Of a stretch of 54,893 nt of DNA, positions 49,031 through 54,893 are shown in pieces. Each line of letters opens with the position of its first letter. Position 1 is the first letter of the stretch. The position numbers and the translations under genes are program-made. The notes below the pieces were generated by a model that made no database searches, had not been told where the DNA came from, and was given only the letters and a program-made list of their open reading frames with translations. The DNA comes from Candidatus Poribacteria bacterium (lineage in GTDB: Bacteria; Poribacteria; WGA-4E; UBA9662). The stretch spans positions 1 to 54,893 of the forward strand of contig JAYZAL010000042.1 in NCBI GenBank assembly GCA_036339735.1, in the 5' to 3' direction.

Positions 49031-50083
49031 CTACTGATCAGATTTCAGTTTGCCTGCATAACAGAGTTGGTCCCATTGAGTTGCTTGAAATATCGGTTGT
49101 TGGCCTTCAATAACCGACAAGGCATCTTGACAGGCATGTGTGAAACAGCGTCGATGGCAAAAGTCAGTTCCACCTGCAATATGGGGTGTCACTAGTACGT
49201 TCGGGTGCCGCCGAAACCAAGCGTCTTTAGGAGGAGGCTCAGGGTCAAAAACATCAATAGCCGCGGCCAATTCATTAGCCCTAATCCTCTCCCATAATGG
49301 CTTCTGCTCAACTACTGCCATACGTGTAACTAAAACAAACAACGCTCCCTTTGGTAACGATGAAATCACCTCTCGATTGATAATTTCTAGAGTATTTGGT
49401 ACCGGAGGGAGACCTACGACAAATATTTCTGAATTTGCTGCTAATTCAATCAAAGATTCAGAACGCTGAATATTGTGATTATCGAATACGTGATCAGCTA
49501 CAAAGGGATCGTAACTATGAATAGTGCACCGAAAAGGTTCAAGTAATTCAGCATAACGCCGATTGATACTACCAAATCCTGCTAAACCGACTCGGCGACC
49601 AGTTAAATCACCGTAGATGAAGTTTGGGTGATTCCAGGTTACATCACCTCTCCAATTACCGTTTTGTGTCGAATTTAGCGACTCAGGAATGTGGCGAATT
49701 AGATTTAGTGTCATTGCTAACGCGAATTCGGACACCGAAGGTGTCATTCCACGCGATGTATCAACTACAGTAATACCTGTTGAATTGAGTACATCAATAT
49801 CGATCCAGTTCGCAAACCTATTATCAAAGGTTCCGGAAAAAACTTGCAAATTTTTAGCGGACTGCCAGTGGTGAAGATCAATCGATGGTCGATACCAAGG
49901 CCCGATAATCGCACCATGGGCTGTTTCTAAAGCCTTGTAAAATCTATCTAGAGCCGTTGCTTCTTCTCCTTTGGAGACAACAATCTGTTCTACAGTTCCC
50001 TTACTACTCAGTAGATCGCACCCAATACTATGATAGTTTCTGACAATATCCGGCTGTTCTCTAAGTAATGTTACAAAATTCAT
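49031..50083 (-). CDS. D-isomer-specific 2-hydroxyacid dehydrogenase family protein
   Basis: SVSEFAL, GLAGFGSI, YDPF, VTR (Arg), IDVFDPEP (Glu), TPHIAG (His); GAGAGG RBS. Confidence 0.92.
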   Translation of the reverse strand: MNFVTLLREQPDIVRNYHSIGCDLLSSKGTVEQIVVSKGEEATALDRFYKALETAHGAIIGPWYRPSIDLHHWQSAKNLQVFSGTFDNRFANWIDIDVLNSTGITVVDTSRGMTPSVSEFALAMTLNLIRHIPESLNSTQNGNWRGDVTWNHPNFIYGDLTGRRVGLAGFGSINRRYAELLEPFRCTIHSYDPFVADHVFDNHNIQRSESLIELAANSEIFVVGLPPVPNTLEIINREVISSLPKGALFVLVTRMAVVEQKPLWERIRANELAAAIDVFDPEPPPKDAWFRRHPNVLVTPHIAGGTDFCHRRCFTHACQDALSVIEGQQPIFQATQWDQLCYAGKLKSDQ

Positions 50084-50453
50084 AGATGTACCTCTCTTGA
50101 AACCTATTAATAGGTAATATCTGTAGAACAGATTGGAATTTGTTTTTCAAAATTGGATTTTTGCCGATTTAGATTACTTTCTCAAAAACATAATGGAAAT
50201 ATTGTTTGACCTGCTATCGTAGCAGTACAAGTGTGGGGCTGACTTCCCAATATTTTAACCCTTTACTCGACGCTCAGGTAATTTTCATCTTTTGCTTAGG
50301 TTAAATTAGATCTGTTTTGAAATTAATTGAATATGGCGTAAAGAAAAGTGAAAATTACTATAGTTATTGATACTAACAACCGATGGAATATTATTTCATC
50401 AGCCTATCAAGAATACAGATCTATATCATCAAGTCTTCACTGACGTCTTTTTT

Positions 50454-51296
50454 TTATTCTAGCCAACAGTCTTCAGTGAAGGCTTGTCGTTCAAACATTT
50501 TTTTTCGGGCCGGATTAGCTTTTTTCATCCATTCCACTGGTATCTCTTGTGTGTAACGGTGTGGCGGACCAGCCTGTTTAAAAATATCGATCACGAATAG
50601 GCGGTAAGCCTGCGGCGAATTCCACGGTTTGGATTCAACTCCATGATATGTTCTAGCGTTCAAGTAAACCATGCTACCGGCGGGTAATTCTAGCCGGTGT
50701 GCTTCTAACTTTCTACCCGCTTCTTGGTCACATTCGCCCGACAGTAGCCTATCCGGGGATATACCCGGTGTCGGAGCTACCTTGTGACTACCTGGAATAA
50801 CCATCAGGTTTCGATCCCCCTGCTTAAAACCATTGGGATAATACAGAATTTGGATATACCATTTGTCTCGTTCCAATAAGTTAATCGGATTTTCATGAAA
50901 CCAATGGTGGTGGTCTTGATGGAAACCAAGTCGTTTAGCCCCACGGGGAGCAATATTCATAGCCGAGTGGCAAAAATGGTAATTTGAACCAATCGTGGAA
51001 TGTAATAAGGCTGTTACTAATGGTGCATCAATTAACCTATCGCCCCAGGGGCCTCTGTCATTCCAAGGCCTGACGAAGTAGCTCGAAGGATGTTTCGGAG
51101 GTAGATTATCAGCTTCTGGATTTGATTTAGATAGGGATTTGAAGTAATCTTTCACTTCTTGTAATGATAAGATCTCTTCAGTTAGACCTTTCAATCCTTC
51201 ATCTGTAAAAACTTCCGGTAGGATTAAGAAGCCATCTCGGTGGAAGGTCGAAACATCATCATCTGTTGGCTCGTCTAATCGAAATACTGGTTTCAT
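50454..51296 (-). CDS. PhyH family Fe(II)/2OG dioxygenase
   Basis: FHRDGFLILPEVF, FHQDHHH, VIPGSH, TYHGV; GAGGA RBS. Confidence 0.9.
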   Translation of the reverse strand: MKPVFRLDEPTDDDVSTFHRDGFLILPEVFTDEGLKGLTEEILSLQEVKDYFKSLSKSNPEADNLPPKHPSSYFVRPWNDRGPWGDRLIDAPLVTALLHSTIGSNYHFCHSAMNIAPRGAKRLGFHQDHHHWFHENPINLLERDKWYIQILYYPNGFKQGDRNLMVIPGSHKVAPTPGISPDRLLSGECDQEAGRKLEAHRLELPAGSMVYLNARTYHGVESKPWNSPQAYRLFVIDIFKQAGPPHRYTQEIPVEWMKKANPARKKMFERQAFTEDCWLE

Positions 51297-51421
51297 TCTC
51301 TATCCTCTTCAGTTTCTATCTTATTCAGCCTTCGTTTATCTACCACACGGACAATGTCAATAACAATCTTGTCTCACAACGAACCTATTTTCCGTTTTCG
51401 TCAATTATTTCATTTTATAAC

Positions 51422-52270
51422 TTACTGGATATAATCGCTCGGAGTTCGAGAATTAGCCGATACTTCGTGACTTTTACTAGCATTCTTGATAACTTCTGGA
51501 ACTGGTTCTGTCCACCAACTAGGTGGGTGAGGGAATGAAAACACATCATGCCAAGCTAGTAATAGAGTCCGTCGGTGTTTAGTTTGATTTGGCCAAGCCG
51601 CATGTATCAATCGTGCGTCTGCTATCAGCAAATCTCCAGCTTTCATCGGCACATCTACGGCATCTGGATAATCAGCAAAAGCCGGATGGGAAAGATCATC
51701 AATAGACTGAATTTCTGCACTATGAGCATCTGGAAGAATGTCATGTAGTAGATGACGTCTACGGTGTGTCCCTGGAATAGCACGCAAGCAACCATTCTGA
51801 CGGTTAGTATCAGTCAGGTAATAAGACAAGAACACACGTGTAGGCCAAGGAGTAGCAGCTTCTGGACTATTCCATTTCATAAAATCTTGATGCCAGTATA
51901 GTGGTGGTCCATAACCAGGTTTAGACAAGATTATCACCAAATCATCTGGATTCAGATTTTCCAACCCAATTAATTCACAAACTTCTTTCTGTAACGGTAA
52001 GTCGATGATTTTTTCGGCAATTGAATCAGGAAAATGATTGGGTTTTCGTTCTTTACCGTTTTCACCCCATCTTCGTTCCGTATGTACAAAGATATCACTA
52101 CCCTGATAGCGAATTTTTCGGTCGATATCCACACGGTCAAGAATGTTATCCGACCAGATGCGAAGTTGTTGGACTAAGGGTTTTGGCATAACTGTGGGTA
52201 CAGTAGTAAATCCAAATTCCACCAACTCATTTCTCTTTTCTAGAGCTTCTAGTTTATTTAATTTTTTCAT
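51422..52270 (-). CDS. PhyH family Fe(II)/2OG dioxygenase
   Basis: PPLYWHQDF, YLTDTNRQNGCLRAIPGTH, DARLIHAAWPN, RRTLL; start placed at ATG 52270 (track start 52312). Confidence 0.92.
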   Translation of the reverse strand: MKKLNKLEALEKRNELVEFGFTTVPTVMPKPLVQQLRIWSDNILDRVDIDRKIRYQGSDIFVHTERRWGENGKERKPNHFPDSIAEKIIDLPLQKEVCELIGLENLNPDDLVIILSKPGYGPPLYWHQDFMKWNSPEAATPWPTRVFLSYYLTDTNRQNGCLRAIPGTHRRRHLLHDILPDAHSAEIQSIDDLSHPAFADYPDAVDVPMKAGDLLIADARLIHAAWPNQTKHRRTLLLAWHDVFSFPHPPSWWTEPVPEVIKNASKSHEVSANSRTPSDYIQ

Positions 52271-52739
52271 TTTATCGTCTTTTGGCCAAAAAAATTTTGA
52301 TTGTAAAATCAAAAATCAAACAAATTTACTCCACTTTCATCTCGCTACTAATGTCTAAAGACTAGCGGAAGGTATCCTACGGTGAAATTTAATAATTGTC
52401 AACAAAGTGAGAAGCGAAAACTAGTTATATGAATGTTAAAGAGAGAAGGAACTATCCTCTGCAAGACTAGTTTGATTCTGGTATCGAATTTCTAATCTTC
52501 TACTGATTCTTATGTGCAATTTATTTTTCTTGTATCCGTTGCATACAACTGGTTATTCAGTGACTAGTAATAAACAGCGAGGGCTTTCGGTTTTTTGATA
52601 TTTATAAGCTTTGTTACCAAATATTTCTACTAAAAAATGTATCAGTTTAAGTAGAAATATTCGAGCAATTCCATCCTCTTAAAAATTTGCACTCCATGAC
52701 TTTATGATAACTTTTTGCATCTTTTTTGTAAAAAAAAGA

Positions 52740-52767
52740 TTGCCGACTTACAAAAATGTGGTAGAAT
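52740..52767 (+). promoter_or_regulatory. Putative sigma70 promoter for the LamG gene
   Basis: TTGCCG-16 nt-TAGAAT with TG one base before the -10 (extended -10), preceded by an A-tract. Confidence 0.55.
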
Positions 52768-52887
52768 CGCTTTGTACACAAATGGGTAGACGAATCGTAT
52801 GTTATTACCTGTCAGATACAATAGGACAACACTGATGGTAAACGATACAAATTGTACAAAATAAAAAAACGGAGTACTGTACTGGTC

Positions 52888-53682
52888 ATGGGTATGTATA
52901 AATTCTCAATCTCGTTGTTATCGTGTTTTATTATTTGTTTATGTCTTTCTTTGCCGAGTTTCTCTGCGGGATACGATGAGAAAACAGTGGTTGGACAATG
53001 GCTTTTTGACGACGAAGGAGAGAACGCTATTGATTCCTCTGGCAATGGACATGACGGCCAAATCAAGGGTGGGAATAATCGTGTTGATGGTAAGTTTGGT
53101 ACAGCCTTACAAGTTTCGGGTAATTGGGTGATGGTGCCGCCGGATGATAAATTAAAACTGACTGCATACACCGTTACTCTTTGGCTAAATACAAAAAGCG
53201 GTTGTGCCGACTGGTGTGGAATCCTATCAAAATCTATGGACAATCCAACTAGAACCTATTGTATGTATATTGATGCCAGAACTGGTGTAGCCGGCATGTC
53301 CATTGGTAACAAAAAAGCTGGCAAATGGAGTGACGTCAGTGGAAAAACCCAAATTAACAAAGGAAAATGGACTCACGTTGCCATCAGTTATGATGAAAAA
53401 GAGCAGGTGCAACGTATTTATACCAATGGGATACTAGAGGGTGAAGCTGAAGTTAAACATGACTTGCCACAAAATGACGCCAATCTAGTTTTCATGGCTT
53501 GGCATCATCCGGGTGGTAATGCTGGCATAACCGGTATGCTTGATGAAATTGGTCTTTTCAACACAGTTTTGGATGATGCTGTCATTAAAACTATTCATGA
53601 CAAGGGATTAGGAGAATCAATGGCTGTCGATCCAAAGGCAAAACTAGCCACCAAATGGAGTAAAATAAAGAACTCACCTTAA
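52888..53682 (+). CDS. Secreted LamG-like jelly-roll protein with C-terminal KL-x3-W-x2-IK tag
   Basis: VGQWLFDD, DSSGNGHDG, DGKFGTAL, WTHVAISYD, GMLDEIGLFNTVL; signal peptide ending SFSA; ends AVDPKAKLATKWSKIKNSP. Start ATG 52888 or 52894 (track start 52852). Confidence 0.92.
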   Translation: MGMYKFSISLLSCFIICLCLSLPSFSAGYDEKTVVGQWLFDDEGENAIDSSGNGHDGQIKGGNNRVDGKFGTALQVSGNWVMVPPDDKLKLTAYTVTLWLNTKSGCADWCGILSKSMDNPTRTYCMYIDARTGVAGMSIGNKKAGKWSDVSGKTQINKGKWTHVAISYDEKEQVQRIYTNGILEGEAEVKHDLPQNDANLVFMAWHHPGGNAGITGMLDEIGLFNTVLDDAVIKTIHDKGLGESMAVDPKAKLATKWSKIKNSP

Positions 53683-53899
53683 GAATTATTGACTAATTGA
53701 CATAAATATTATTGCTGTTGATTGCATAGAAAAATTAAATCAGGAAGGCGTCAATGATCCTGGTTTGCTAATTCTCGTTTCTATAGGTAGGGTTGATCTT
53801 CATTGGTTCAATAAGAATACTGCCTTCCCTATCTTGAATGTTGATCCAAACTTCCCCCTTTTTATTGGCTTGAGACATTCATTGACATTTACAGGTGAA

Positions 53900-54204
53900 A
53901 TGGACTATCTAACAAGTCTCTGATGTATCAATTTGATAAGCTTGTTTAAATGCATCGAGTCGTCTAATTTTGGATTTGTACAATCATAGAATCAACTATC
54001 TGACTGATCTTGATTGTACGATTGACTAATTTTAATCACAATCTACCTGTATGATATTTTTTCACCAAGCTGACTGAGTGGAATTTGGAACACAGCCAAA
54101 ACGCTAATAACATTAGTGTTTTGGCTAATTTGCTTGACTTGACTTGGTTAAGTCAAGTTAGAAACCCATTAGTAGACAACACTGGATCGATTATACAGAA
54201 GTAA
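53900..54204 (+). pseudogene. Eroded internalin-type leucine-rich-repeat gene remnant
   Basis: Fragments in different frames: QVSDVSI; LILDLYNHRINYLTDL; LTN/LITIYLYD; TKLTEWNLEHSQNANNISVLANLLDLTWLSQVRNPL (54064-54204), separated by stops and frameshifts. Confidence 0.55.
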
Positions 54205-54275
54205 GTTGGAGACATTGATATATCCAGACGATTACAGCGGTTATTTGGCATATTGAGCGCGTCTTTAGAAAAACA

Positions 54276-54893
54276 ATGTGGTTCCCTTGTTTGAATTATG
54301 TGTTTTTTATTTTTCTTTTAATATCCACCACCCTTGAATTACGGTCGACAACCATTAATGATACTGGGGGTGCCGATTTTTCAACTGCAATTACTGATTA
54401 CCATCAACGACTTGAGCTCGCACCTGAATCAGGGGAACTTCACCTTCAGTTAGCTCAATCATATACGGCAGTAGAAGATTTTGAAAATGCACTAACCCAT
54501 TATCATTATGCCTTAGAGTTAAATCCTAATCTCGAAATGGCTTGTTACGGATTAGGTGCTGTATATTCTCAAAATCGCGAATTCAGAAAAGCTATTCAGG
54601 CTTACCAACAAGCGGTTTCTTTACAACCGAGTATGGCCCAACTATATGTCGAACTTGGGTATGCCTACTCACAACTTTACCAATTTCCGGAAGCTATTAC
54701 TGCCTATCAGAAAGCAATTGAGCAAAAACCCAACTGGGGAGAGCCATTCTATCACTTGGGAACAATTTTTGCCAAACAAGGGTTAATAAAAGAAGCTCTT
54801 CAACATTTAAACCGAGCTATTTTATTAGAAGAACATCTGCCAGCGACTAATCGGTTAGCGGAAGCCTACTATCAGAAAGGCAACTTGCTGGTT
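54276..54893 (+). CDS. Secreted TPR protein, truncated by the window end (absent from the ORF track)
   Basis: Open frame from ATG 54276 to the end (206 codons): MWFPCLNYVFFIFLLIST...LHLQLAQSYTAVEDFENALTHYHYALELNP...ACYGLGAVYSQNREFRKAIQAYQQAVSLQP...PFYHLGTIFAKQG. Confidence 0.92.
   Translation, partial: MWFPCLNYVFFIFLLISTTLELRSTTINDTGGADFSTAITDYHQRLELAPESGELHLQLAQSYTAVEDFENALTHYHYALELNPNLEMACYGLGAVYSQNREFRKAIQAYQQAVSLQPSMAQLYVELGYAYSQLYQFPEAITAYQKAIEQKPNWGEPFYHLGTIFAKQGLIKEALQHLNRAILLEEHLPATNRLAEAYYQKGNLLV

Noticed and set aside
50205-50282. Cobalamin riboswitch upstream of the dehydrogenase
   Set aside because: Only scattered words (GGTTAAAA, GGGAAGTC, CCCC) match; the conserved hairpin and B12 box are missing.
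35830-52270. Integron cassette array explaining the many stand-alone genes with long gaps
   Set aside because: Genes are in mixed orientation, no repeated attC-like RYYYAAC...GTTRRRY structure was recognisable, and there is no integrase.
52812-53243. 143-aa minus-strand ORF
   Set aside because: Antisense to the well-supported LamG gene; the other short ORFs nested in long genes were dismissed for the same reason.
54556-54786. 76-aa plus-strand ORF from the track
   Set aside because: Out of frame within the longer TPR reading frame starting at 54276.

Overview
AT-rich bacterial chromosomal window with about 40 supportable protein-coding genes. I saw no rRNA, tRNA, CRISPR array, integrase, transposase or reverse transcriptase. 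The gene content is typical of Candidatus Poribacteria (inference, no database search run): LamG/jelly-roll proteins, five PhyH-family Fe/2OG dioxygenases, three CRTAC1/ASPIC-UnbV FG-GAP proteins, TPR proteins, three FGE-sulfatase-fold proteins, and a dockerin plus FlgD/T9SS-like tail. The left part (0-22 kb) is mostly secreted or surface proteins, including a mirror-image TPR+CRTAC1 pair and a secreted caspase-FGE fusion. The middle (23-34 kb) is a complete eight-gene MoxR/DUF58/vWA 'Bat'-type operon with an oversized BatC-like protein carrying a 9-bp tandem repeat. The right part (35-55 kb) holds catabolic enzymes: GH18, CE15-like esterase, sulfatase, oxidoreductases and dioxygenases. Best leads: (1) a short C-terminal tag, V-x4-K-L-x3-W-x2-[IL]-K, shared by three divergent signal-peptide proteins, a candidate protein-sorting or anchoring signal; (2) the caspase-FGE fusion, whose 3' end resembles a DGR variable region; (3) a perfect 23-bp hairpin plus a 12-bp TTGACA palindrome upstream of the sulfatase; (4) a PhyH protein lacking the HxD aspartate; (5) an unannotated TPR gene and an eroded LRR remnant at the right end.
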